From Dehalococcoidia bacterium (GTDB lineage Bacteria; Chloroflexota; Dehalococcoidia; UBA2979): DNA of 64,000 nucleotides. The translations under genes and the position numbers were made by a program. Shown piece by piece: positions 22,749 through 30,957 of the stretch. The number at the start of each line of letters is the position of its first letter. Position 1 is the stretch's first letter. The stretch spans positions 416,001 through 480,000 of the forward strand of contig CAXXDN010000001.1 in NCBI GenBank assembly GCA_963667465.2, in the 5' to 3' direction. A model generated the notes under the pieces. The model ran no database searches, was not told the origin of the DNA, and saw only the letters and a program-made list of their open reading frames with translations.

Positions 22749-23648
22749 TTGACTGCGACAGGCTCCAGGCTCTCGCGACGCAGGTTCCTCAGCCGCACGG
22801 TCCTCGGCGTGCTGCTCGGGGGTCCACTGATCGTCGCCTGCTCGCGCTTCCGCCCGGAGGATGAGGAGCCGGCCGAGGTCGTCGCCCATACGCCGACCGC
22901 GACGCCAACCCCCACCGAGCCGCCGACTCCGGCCGTGACGCCCACGCCAACGCCTCGGCTCCTGCCCACGCGCAGGTCGGCGACGGCCACGCCGACGCCA
23001 ACCCCCGACCCGACGCCCGTCACGCCGACGCCGTACCCCTCGACACTCGATCCCGAGGACCTGCGCGGCTTCGCCGTGCCGATCGAGGGGGGCTGCCTGC
23101 CGGGCTCCGACCGGCTGATGCCGAACGCGCCCCGCGAGTACCGCAATGGCATCCACGAGGGCATCGACTGGTACAACGGCCTCGCCTGCGCCAGCGTCTC
23201 CGCGGGCACCCCGGTGCTGGCGATGTACCAGGGAATCGTGATCCGCGCCGACCTCGGCTACGTCGCCATCACCATCGAGCAGATCAACGAGTTCTCGCAG
23301 CGGACCGCCGAGCTCGGTTACACCGAGGAGCCGATCCTCGACATCTATCGCGGACGGCAGGTCTGGATCGACCACGGCAACGGCGTCGTCACCCGCTACT
23401 GCCACCTCGGTCTGATCGCCGAGGGCATCGAGGAAGGAGTCGAGGTCGAAGAGGGCCAGGTGATCGGCGGCGTGGGCGAGTCCGGTACGCCGGAGTCGAT
23501 CACCGCGCCGGGCACGGAGCTGCACCTCCACGCCGAGGTGCGGATCGCGGACTCGTTCCTCGGGTCGGGTCTGCCGCCCGGCGAGGTACGCTTGCTCTAC
23601 GTGAAGCTGTTCGGCTTCGGCGAGGATGACTCCGCCTCGGGAGGCTGA
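22749..23648 (+). CDS. M23 metallopeptidase, predicted Tat lipoprotein with Pro/Thr linker
   Basis: SRRRFL Tat motif, LIVAC lipobox, PT-rich linker, HEGID and HLH zinc motifs. Confidence 0.85.
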   Translation: MTATGSRLSRRRFLSRTVLGVLLGGPLIVACSRFRPEDEEPAEVVAHTPTATPTPTEPPTPAVTPTPTPRLLPTRRSATATPTPTPDPTPVTPTPYPSTLDPEDLRGFAVPIEGGCLPGSDRLMPNAPREYRNGIHEGIDWYNGLACASVSAGTPVLAMYQGIVIRADLGYVAITIEQINEFSQRTAELGYTEEPILDIYRGRQVWIDHGNGVVTRYCHLGLIAEGIEEGVEVEEGQVIGGVGESGTPESITAPGTELHLHAEVRIADSFLGSGLPPGEVRLLYVKLFGFGEDDSASGG

Positions 23649-23703
23649 CGAGGCCGGAGCGCCGTACACTGCCGCCAACGCGCGAGCTCATGCGATAGGG
23701 GGC

Positions 23704-24573
23704 GTGGTGCCGATCCTCTCGATCGGGATCCCGTGGGATCCGAACATCACGCAGATCGGCGGGTTGCTGCTGACCTGGCACGGGCTGTTCACCGCGATCG
23801 GCATCTTCGCCGGCGTGCGGCTCTCGCTGACCCTCGCGAAGGTGATCGACTACGACTACGACGACGCCTACACGCTCGCCCTCGTCGGCGTGCCGAGCGG
23901 GATCGTCGGTGCGCGCCTGCTCTTCGTCTTCGAGCACTGGGAGTCGTTCAGCGGCGATCCGGCCGCGATCCTGCGCATCAACGAGGGCGGCATCTCGATC
24001 TGGGGCGCGATCCTCGGCGGCGTGATCGGCGGGCTGGCCTTCGGTCTCTGGAAGGGCTATCCAATCGCCCGCGGCCTGGACATCGCCAGCTTCGGCATCA
24101 TCCTTGGGCAGGCGACCGGGCGCATCGGCGATCTCGTCAACGGCGAGCATCTGGCGAACGCGAGCAATCTGCCCTGGGCCGTCTTCTACACCCACGAGGA
24201 CTCGCCCGCATTCGTGCACTCGCTGCTCGTGGGGCCGCACCATCCTGCGACGACGTATGAGCTGCTCGGCGACCTCGTGATCCTCGGGGGGCTGTTCGTG
24301 CTGATGTTCGGCGTGCTCTGGCGGAAGCCGGGGCTGACCTTCTGCGCCTACCTGATCGGCTACGCGGTGATGCGCTTCTTCCTCACCTACCTGCGCATCG
24401 ACTCCAGCGAGACGATTCTGCTCGATCTGCGCGTCCCGCAGCTGGTCTCCCTGCTCACGGTGCTCGCCTCGCTCCCCGCGATCTGGTACTTCGCGACCCG
24501 CGAGTCGTTCGAGGAGCCCGCACCTGTTGAGCGCCTGCCGCTGATCGGGCGGCTCCTCGGCGCACGGTCGTGA
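23704..24573 (+). CDS. lgt: prolipoprotein diacylglyceryl transferase
   Basis: GARLLFV, GGISIWG, GQATGRIGDLVNGE, HPATTYE. Confidence 0.9.
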   Translation: MVPILSIGIPWDPNITQIGGLLLTWHGLFTAIGIFAGVRLSLTLAKVIDYDYDDAYTLALVGVPSGIVGARLLFVFEHWESFSGDPAAILRINEGGISIWGAILGGVIGGLAFGLWKGYPIARGLDIASFGIILGQATGRIGDLVNGEHLANASNLPWAVFYTHEDSPAFVHSLLVGPHHPATTYELLGDLVILGGLFVLMFGVLWRKPGLTFCAYLIGYAVMRFFLTYLRIDSSETILLDLRVPQLVSLLTVLASLPAIWYFATRESFEEPAPVERLPLIGRLLGARS

Positions 24574-24842
24574 CGGAGGTCGTGCTCTACGGCCGCGAGG
24601 GCTGCAGCCCGTGCGTCCACGCCCGCGACGCGCTGCGCCGCCTCGGGCGTGAGTTCGCCTTCGAGCTGCGCGAGCAGGACGTGGACGAGGAACCGGCGCT
24701 CGCCGCCCGCTACGGCGATCGTGTCCCCGTTGTCGCCGTAGCGGGCCACGCGGTGAGCGAGGGCCGCATCGACTCCGCGGCGGTGCGGCGGGCGCTCGCG
24801 GAGGCCGGGCGCGCTGTTGACAGCAACAGCCCTCGTTCATAG
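24570..24842 (+). CDS. glutaredoxin-like protein (DUF836 type)
   Basis: YGREGCSPC, YGDRVPVV. Confidence 0.8.
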   Translation: MTEVVLYGREGCSPCVHARDALRRLGREFAFELREQDVDEEPALAARYGDRVPVVAVAGHAVSEGRIDSAAVRRALAEAGRAVDSNSPRS

Positions 24843-24845
24843 CCT
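24813..24845 (+). promoter_or_regulatory. sigma70-type promoter with inverted repeat over the -35
   Basis: TTGACA(24817-22)-17 bp-TAGCCT(24840-45); GCTGTTG-N4-CAACAGC at 24813-24830. Confidence 0.65.
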
Positions 24846-24909
24846 CGATTCACGCACCGCGCCCGCGCTGCGTGACAGGGGCGTACAGACAGGAACGCGG
24901 AACGACACG

Positions 24910-24987
24910 ATGAGCGAACGAAAGCTTCAGCTCCTCGCCGCCGCCGCCGTGCAGCGTCTCGATCGGGGCCACATGGTGATGCGCTAG
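24910..24987 (+). CDS. putative leader peptide MSERKLQLLAAAAVQRLDRGHMVMR
   Basis: 25-codon uORF between promoter and ThrC-like gene; ATG-GTG-ATG just before the stop; alternative hairpins follow. Confidence 0.55.
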   Translation: MSERKLQLLAAAAVQRLDRGHMVMR

Positions 24988-25062
24988 CCCGTGCGCCCCG
25001 CGAACGGCGGGGAAGGCGGGCAACCTCGCATCACCCCGAACGCAGCCCGGAGCATCCCCGCC

Positions 25063-26322
25063 ATGTCCTTTGAACGTTCACTGCGCTGCCGCGAGTGCGG
25101 GCGCGAGTTCGCGCTCGCCGCGGCCTTCTTCTGCGAGTTCTGTTTCGGTCCCCTCGAGGTCGCCTACGACTACGAGGGAATCGCCAACTCGATCTCCCGC
25201 GAGTCGATCGCGGCCGGGCCCGCCACGCTCTGGCGCTACGCCGACTTGCTGCCGTCCGAGCCCGAGTACCGCGTCGACCTTGGGGCGGGCTTCACGCCGC
25301 TGCTGCGCGCCGACAACCTGGCGGCCGCGCTCGGCCTCGATCGCCTCTGGATCAAGAACGACACCGTCAACCCGACGTGGTCGTTCAAGGACCGCGTGGT
25401 CGCGGTCGCGATCGCGAAGGCGCGCGAGTTCGGCTACACCGGCATCGCCTGCGCCAGCACCGGCAACCTCGCCAACTCCGTCGCCGCGCACGGCGCGCGC
25501 GCCGGCATGGAGACGGTCGTCTTCATCCCGCACGATCTCGAGGAGGGCAAGGTGGTCGGCAGCGGCATCTACGACCCGACCCTCGTGATGGTCGAGGGCT
25601 CCTACGACGACGTAAACCGGCTCTGTACCGAGGTCGCGCAGTCGAAGCCGTGGGCCTTCGTGAACATCAACGTGCGGCCCTACTACGCGGAGGGCTCGCG
25701 CACCCTCGGCTTCGAGGTGGCCGAGCAGCTCGGCTGGCGCACGCCGGACCACTGCGTGGTGCCGATGGCCTCGGGGTCGCTCTTCACGAAGATCTGGAAG
25801 GGCTTCAACGAACTACACCAGGTCGGCCTGATCGACGAGCCGCGCACCCGCATGTCGGGCGCGCAGGCGACCGGCTGCTCGCCGATCGCCACCGCCTTCG
25901 AGGAGGGTACGCTCAACTTCCGCCCGCAGAAGCCGGACACGATCGCGCGCTCGATTGCCATCGGCAACCCGGCGGACGGCTACTATGCGCTCAAGACGCT
26001 GGAGGAGACGAACGGCGTCGCGGCGATGGCGACAGACGCGGAGATCGTCGACGGAATGAAGCTGCTTGCGGAGACCGAGGGCATCTTCGCCGAGACGGCA
26101 GGCGGCACCACGATTGCCTGCCTCAAGCACATGGTGGAGCGCGGCCAGATCGCGCCCGGCGAGGAGACCGTCGCCTTCATCACCGGCGGCGGTCTCAAGA
26201 CCACCGAGGCGCTGCAGGGCGGGCTCTCCAGCCCGCTGCACGTGCCCGCCCGCGGCGACGCGTTCATCGAGGCGTATGAGGCGCGGCTGGCGACCACCGC
26301 GGCCGCGGCAGGAGGCGCATGA
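25063..26322 (+). CDS. threonine-synthase-like PLP enzyme (possible sulfur-carrier-dependent O-phosphohomoserine sulfhydrylase, MetM-like)
   Basis: N-terminal CRECG/CEFC, NPTWSFKDR, CASTGNLANS, ETAGG, TGGGLKT; co-operonic with NIL and MoaD-like genes. Confidence 0.85.
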   Translation: MSFERSLRCRECGREFALAAAFFCEFCFGPLEVAYDYEGIANSISRESIAAGPATLWRYADLLPSEPEYRVDLGAGFTPLLRADNLAAALGLDRLWIKNDTVNPTWSFKDRVVAVAIAKAREFGYTGIACASTGNLANSVAAHGARAGMETVVFIPHDLEEGKVVGSGIYDPTLVMVEGSYDDVNRLCTEVAQSKPWAFVNINVRPYYAEGSRTLGFEVAEQLGWRTPDHCVVPMASGSLFTKIWKGFNELHQVGLIDEPRTRMSGAQATGCSPIATAFEEGTLNFRPQKPDTIARSIAIGNPADGYYALKTLEETNGVAAMATDAEIVDGMKLLAETEGIFAETAGGTTIACLKHMVERGQIAPGEETVAFITGGGLKTTEALQGGLSSPLHVPARGDAFIEAYEARLATTAAAAGGA

Positions 26323-26567
26323 TGGCGAGCAGACCGGTCCGCTTCACGTTTTCGCCCGAGCTGATCAAGGAGCCGCTGATCTACCTGATCGGCCACGAGT
26401 TCGAGGTGATCACCAACATCCGCATGGCCGACGTCGACGCGCGCGTAGGCTGGGTCGTGCTCGAGCTCGAAGGCGAGCCCGACGAGATCGATCGCGCGAT
26501 CGCCTGGGCCGAGTCGAAGGGCGTGCGCGTGGACCAGGCGACCCTCGGCGACGTCGTCGAGGGCTAA
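26319..26567 (+). CDS. NIL-domain protein
   Basis: EPLIYLIGHEFEVITNIRMADV...GWVVLELEG. Confidence 0.85.
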   Translation: MMASRPVRFTFSPELIKEPLIYLIGHEFEVITNIRMADVDARVGWVVLELEGEPDEIDRAIAWAESKGVRVDQATLGDVVEG

Positions 26568-26621
26568 CCCGGCTGCAAGCCCGCCCGGCCCGCAGGGCCC
26601 GGCATCGAGAGGAACGCTGCG

Positions 26622-26897
26622 ATGGCAGTGAACGTGCGAATCCCCGCTCCGCTCCGCACCCTGACCGGCGACCAGGAGCTCGTCAGCATCGACGGCGCGA
26701 CCCTCGCCGACGTGGTGGAGCACCTCGAGGCGTCCTACCCGGGCATGCGCGAGCGGCTCTGTGAGGACGACGGCGAGCTGCGCCGCTTCGTCAACGTCTT
26801 CGTGAACGGCGAGGACGTGCGCTTCCTCTCCGGCCTCGCCAGCGAGCTGTCGGCGGGCGACGAGGTCTCGATCGTCCCGGCGGTGGCCGGCGGTTAG
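26622..26897 (+). CDS. MoaD/CysO-family ubiquitin-like sulfur carrier
   Basis: VRIPAPLR, RFVNVFVNGEDVRF, C-terminal PAVAGG. Confidence 0.92.
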   Translation: MAVNVRIPAPLRTLTGDQELVSIDGATLADVVEHLEASYPGMRERLCEDDGELRRFVNVFVNGEDVRFLSGLASELSAGDEVSIVPAVAGG

Positions 26898-26913
26898 CCG
26901 GCAGCCAGCGCCG

Positions 26914-28086
26914 ATGACCAGCTCGACGATCACGGACCTCCGCTACTACCTGGTCCACCCGACGCCGCCTGACACCGGGCAGCCCGATCGCTATACCGCG
27001 GGCAAGAACCTCTGCTTCGTCCGCCTCGAGACCGCCGATGGCCTGTACGGCTGGGGCGAGTGCTACACGCAGTCCGATCGCGACATCCAGATCACCGCGC
27101 ACCTCGAGGCGCTGCGGCGCTACATCGAGGGCTGGGACGCGGCGCGCATCAAGCCCTGGACCGACGCCATCTACAACGACTTCGGCAACCGTCGCGGCGC
27201 GATGGACCTCTACTCCGCGATCTCCGGCGTCGAGCAGGCGATGTGGGACCTCGCCGGCAAGCGCGCCGGGCTGCCCGTCCACCAGCTGCTCGGCGGCGCG
27301 GTGCGCGACCGGCTGCGCGTCTACGCCAACGGCTGGGCGCGGATGGACGACCTCGACGAGCTGCAGGCCCGTGCGCGCGCGATGGCCGATCGCGGCTTCA
27401 CCGGGCTCAAGTTCGACCCGGTGCCGGGCAAGTGGCGCAGCTACGTGGGCATGCCGGAGCTGCGCACCGCCGCCGATCGCGTCCGCGCGGTGCGCGAGGC
27501 GGTCGGACCCGACGTCGACATCCTCGTCGAGGTCCACCGCCGGCTGAGCCCGTCGAACGCCGTGCGGCTGGCGAAGCTCGTCGAGGAGTACGAGCCGTAC
27601 TGGTTCGAGGAGCCGGTCTGGGCCGAGAACGTGACCGCCCTCGCGGCCGCCACGGCGCAGATCAGCATCCCGACCGTCACGGGCGAGGAGCTTTACACCA
27701 AGTTCGAGTTCCGCGAGGTCTTCGAGCAGCGCGCAGCCGACATCATCAACCCGGACGTGGCGAACGTCGGCGGCATCAAGGAACTGACCGAGATCGCGGC
27801 GATGGCCGAGGCCTACTTCGTCGCCGTCAGCCCGCACAACTACAACTCGACGACCGTGGCGCTGGCCGCGACGCTGCAGGCGGCGGCGACGATGCCCAAC
27901 TTCATCATCACGGAGTACTTCGTGAACTTCGAACCGTGGGGCCGGGAGGCCGCGACACCGGCCTTCGAGGTCGAGGACAGCCATATCGCCCTCCCGACCG
28001 CGCCGGGCCTCGGCATCGACCTCGACGAGGAGGTGCTGAAGGCACACCCGGCCAAGGAGTTCCCCGCACGCACGATCGGCGACTGA
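26914..28086 (+). CDS. mandelate racemase/muconate lactonizing enzyme family (galactonate dehydratase-like)
   Basis: GWGE, WDLAGK, LKFDP, EVH, WFEEP, TGEE, PHN. Confidence 0.88.
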   Translation: MTSSTITDLRYYLVHPTPPDTGQPDRYTAGKNLCFVRLETADGLYGWGECYTQSDRDIQITAHLEALRRYIEGWDAARIKPWTDAIYNDFGNRRGAMDLYSAISGVEQAMWDLAGKRAGLPVHQLLGGAVRDRLRVYANGWARMDDLDELQARARAMADRGFTGLKFDPVPGKWRSYVGMPELRTAADRVRAVREAVGPDVDILVEVHRRLSPSNAVRLAKLVEEYEPYWFEEPVWAENVTALAAATAQISIPTVTGEELYTKFEFREVFEQRAADIINPDVANVGGIKELTEIAAMAEAYFVAVSPHNYNSTTVALAATLQAAATMPNFIITEYFVNFEPWGREAATPAFEVEDSHIALPTAPGLGIDLDEEVLKAHPAKEFPARTIGD

Positions 28087-28270
28087 GTCGGGCGGAGTTG
28101 AGCAATGGCCGCTGCTACGCCTTCGAGCAGGCGACGGACTTCATGCGCAATCCGGAGCTCTGGCCAGCGGTTGCCTCGCCGCGTGCCCGGCGCGCCTTCG
28201 TCTCGGCAACTGACCGCTTCCGGATCGGGGTGGGGCCTGTGAGTCAACGAGCAGTTTCGGGGGCAGTCGA

Positions 28271-29356
28271 ATGAAGGTAAGCAACTGGACCACCCGCGTC
28301 CTGGAGGCCCCGGACGTCAACCCCCTCATCGTCGGTGTCGACCAGCCCGGCACCCGGGAGTTCGTCACGCTGGAGCTGGACACCGACGAAGGCGTGCAGG
28401 GCATCGGCATCACGTTCTTCGGCGGCCCGCTGACCCCGGCCCTGCGCACGGCGGTCGACAACCTCTGCGAGCTGGCGGTGGGCGAAGACCCGCTGCAGGT
28501 GGAGGCGGTCACCGACAAGCTGTGGCGCGCGGCGGGCGGCGCCGGCCCCGAGGGCATCTTCACCCTCGCGATCTCGGCAATCGACATCGCCCTCTGGGAC
28601 ATCAAGGGGAAGGCTCTGGGCCAGACGGTGTGCTCGCTGCTGGGTGGTCACCGCGACCGGGTGGTGACCTACGCCAGCGGTGCGCTGGGGCGACCGATGA
28701 GCGTGGAGTACCTCGCCGAGGCCGGGCCTCGGCTGGTGGAGCTGGGCTTCAGGCAGATGAAGACCCAGCTGGGCGCCGAACCCACCGCCCAACGCGAGGT
28801 GGCTCGCATCCGCACCCTGCGCGAGGCCGTTGGCCCGGACATCGATCTGATGTGCGACATCAACCAGCTCTGGGACGTGAACCAGGCGATCGCCATCGGA
28901 TCACGCGTCGAGGAGTACCACCTGTTCTGGCTGGAGGACGTGGTCGTTCGCGACGACTACCAGGGCCTCGCGCGAGTGGCCGACGCGCTGGCCACGCCGA
29001 TCGCCGCCGGAGAGTACGTCTACGGCATCCGCCCCTTCCGCCACATGCTGGAGCAGCGCTCGATCGACATCGTGATGGTCGACCTGCTGCGGGTGGGCGG
29101 GTTCACCCAGTTCCGCAAGGTGGCGGGCATGGCCGAGGCCTTCAACCTGCCCGTGGTCAGCCACCTGATCCCCGAGTTCCAGGTGCACAGCATCGCCGCG
29201 ATCCCCAACGGACTGACCGTGGAGTACATGCCCTGGACGCTGCGACTGTTCGAGGAAACCCCGGCCATCGAGGACGGGGCGATCGTGGTGCCGGACAAGC
29301 CGGGGCTGGGCCTCGCGTTCGACCGGGACGCCATCGAACGCTACCAGGTTGGCTAG
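28271..29356 (+). CDS. mandelate racemase/muconate lactonizing enzyme family protein
   Basis: AIDIALWDIKGK, MCDINQ, WLED, AGE, PGLG. Confidence 0.88.
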   Translation: MKVSNWTTRVLEAPDVNPLIVGVDQPGTREFVTLELDTDEGVQGIGITFFGGPLTPALRTAVDNLCELAVGEDPLQVEAVTDKLWRAAGGAGPEGIFTLAISAIDIALWDIKGKALGQTVCSLLGGHRDRVVTYASGALGRPMSVEYLAEAGPRLVELGFRQMKTQLGAEPTAQREVARIRTLREAVGPDIDLMCDINQLWDVNQAIAIGSRVEEYHLFWLEDVVVRDDYQGLARVADALATPIAAGEYVYGIRPFRHMLEQRSIDIVMVDLLRVGGFTQFRKVAGMAEAFNLPVVSHLIPEFQVHSIAAIPNGLTVEYMPWTLRLFEETPAIEDGAIVVPDKPGLGLAFDRDAIERYQVG

Positions 29357-29363
29357 CGAGCGC

Positions 29364-29411
29364 TTGGCGCAATCGGGCAGTGTGCTAGAATGTTGAGCAA
29401 CTTACTCGACA
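29364..29411 (+). promoter_or_regulatory. promoter and putative Rrf2 operator
   Basis: TTGGCG, extended -10 TG-C-TAGAAT (29383-91); imperfect palindrome TGTTGAGCAA-C-TTACTCGACA (29391-29411). Confidence 0.6.
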
Positions 29412-29429
29412 ATAGCGGCGGTCGGGTCC

Positions 29430-29876
29430 ATGTGGCTGAGCAGAAAAGGCGATTACGGCGTTCGCGCGCTGATTGACCTCGCGCTTCACGACGGCGAGGG
29501 GCCGGTCCAGCGCTCGGGTATTGCCGATCGCCAGGAAATCCCGGAGTCCTACCTTGATCACCTGATGGCGCTGCTGCGCCGCGGTGGTTTCGTGCGCAGC
29601 GTGCGCGGACCGGGAGGCGGCCACCTGCTCACCCGCCGCCCCGCTGAGATCTGCCTGCTCCACGTGATCGAGAGCCTCGAAGGCTCCGTCGCGCCGATTT
29701 CCTGCGTCGAGGATGGTGAGGAGTGCACGTACGACTGCGGTCTTTGTGCCCAGCGCCCCGTCTGGGAGGAGATCTACCAGGACATGCGCGCCCGCCTCGG
29801 CGCGGTCAGCATCGCCGACCTCGCGGAGCGCGCGCGGGCGCAACAGCACGCCCGGGCCGCGCACTACTCGATCTGA
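29430..29876 (+). CDS. Rrf2-family transcriptional regulator (CymR/IscR-like)
   Basis: LSRKGDYGVRAL, SVRGPGGG, C-terminal Cys cluster. Confidence 0.92.
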   Translation: MWLSRKGDYGVRALIDLALHDGEGPVQRSGIADRQEIPESYLDHLMALLRRGGFVRSVRGPGGGHLLTRRPAEICLLHVIESLEGSVAPISCVEDGEECTYDCGLCAQRPVWEEIYQDMRARLGAVSIADLAERARAQQHARAAHYSI

Positions 29877-30829
29877 TGACGACTACCACGCACGCCACAG
29901 CGGGTCGCCGCGCCCAGCCGGCGATCGCCGACTCCGTGCTCGATCTGATCGGCGCGACGCCGCTCGTGCGGCTGCATAGCGTCGTCCCCGCAGGCTGCGC
30001 CGAGATTCTCGGCAAGCTGGAGTCGCGCAACCCGGCCGGCTCGGTCAAGGATCGGATCGCGCTGAGCATGATCGAGGACGCCGAGCGCCACGGCCTGATC
30101 GCGCCGGGCGACACGATCGTCGAGCCGACCTCCGGCAACACCGGCATCGGTCTCGCGATGGTCTGCGCGCGCAAGGGCTACCCGCTGATCCTGACGATGC
30201 CCGAGGACATGAGCGTGGAGCGGCGGCGCCTGCTGGAGCGGTTCGGCGCCGAGCTGCGGCTGACCCCGGCGATCGAGGGCATGACGGGCGCGGTCTACGC
30301 CGCCCGGCAGCTGTCCGACGAGCACGGCTACTTCATGCCGCAGCAGTTCGACAATCTCGCCAACCCGCGCATCCACCGCGAGACGACGGGCCCCGAGATC
30401 CTCGAGGCCACCGGCGGTGCGCTCGACGCGTTCGTCGCGGGCGTCGGCACCGGCGGCTCGATCACCGGCGTCGGCGAGGTGCTGCGCGAGGCCGTCGCGG
30501 ACGTCCGCATCGTTGCCGTCGAGCCGTCGCGGTCGCCGGTGCTGCAGGGCGGGCGCGTGGGGCTGCATGGCATCCAGGGCATCGGCGCCTCGTTCGTACC
30601 GGGCGTGCTGAACCGCGAGGTCTACGACGAGGTGATCAGCGTGCGAGACGAGGATGCCTACGCGATGACGGAGCGGCTCACGCGCGAGGAAGGCCTGCTC
30701 GTCGGCATCTCCGCCGGCAGCAACGTCTGGGCCGCAATCGAGGTCGGCAAACGGCTCGGGCCGGACTGTCGAGTGGTGACGATGCTCTGTGACACAGGGG
30801 AGCGCTACCTGAGCGTGGCGCTCTCGTGA
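29876..30829 (+). CDS. cysK: cysteine synthase A
   Basis: NPAGSVKDR, EPTSGNTG, QQFDN, GVGTGGS, IQGIG, DTGERYLS. Confidence 0.92.
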   Translation: MTTTTHATAGRRAQPAIADSVLDLIGATPLVRLHSVVPAGCAEILGKLESRNPAGSVKDRIALSMIEDAERHGLIAPGDTIVEPTSGNTGIGLAMVCARKGYPLILTMPEDMSVERRRLLERFGAELRLTPAIEGMTGAVYAARQLSDEHGYFMPQQFDNLANPRIHRETTGPEILEATGGALDAFVAGVGTGGSITGVGEVLREAVADVRIVAVEPSRSPVLQGGRVGLHGIQGIGASFVPGVLNREVYDEVISVRDEDAYAMTERLTREEGLLVGISAGSNVWAAIEVGKRLGPDCRVVTMLCDTGERYLSVALS

Positions 30830-30831
30830 GC

Positions 30832-30897
30832 AACAGCACGAGATTGAACAGCACGAGACCGGGCAACACGAGACCGGGCAACACGAGACCGGGCAAC
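30832..30897. repeat. 15-bp tandem repeat (~4.5 units, GGCAACACGAGACCG-like)
   Basis: direct inspection of the cysK to moaD-moeB spacer. Confidence 0.85.
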
Positions 30898-30957
30898 GAG
30901 GAACAAGGAACGGATCGGGAGCATATGGAACAGCGGCAGGAAGGACGGCGATCGGAG

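Noticed and set aside
24846-25062. SAM riboswitch upstream of the ThrC-like gene
   Set aside because: No recognisable SAM-I/IV core motifs by eye; a uORF with alternative hairpins fits better, though an Rfam scan was not run
28087-28270. Possible small ORF or gene remnant between the two enolase genes
   Set aside because: No clear RBS/start or recognisable motif
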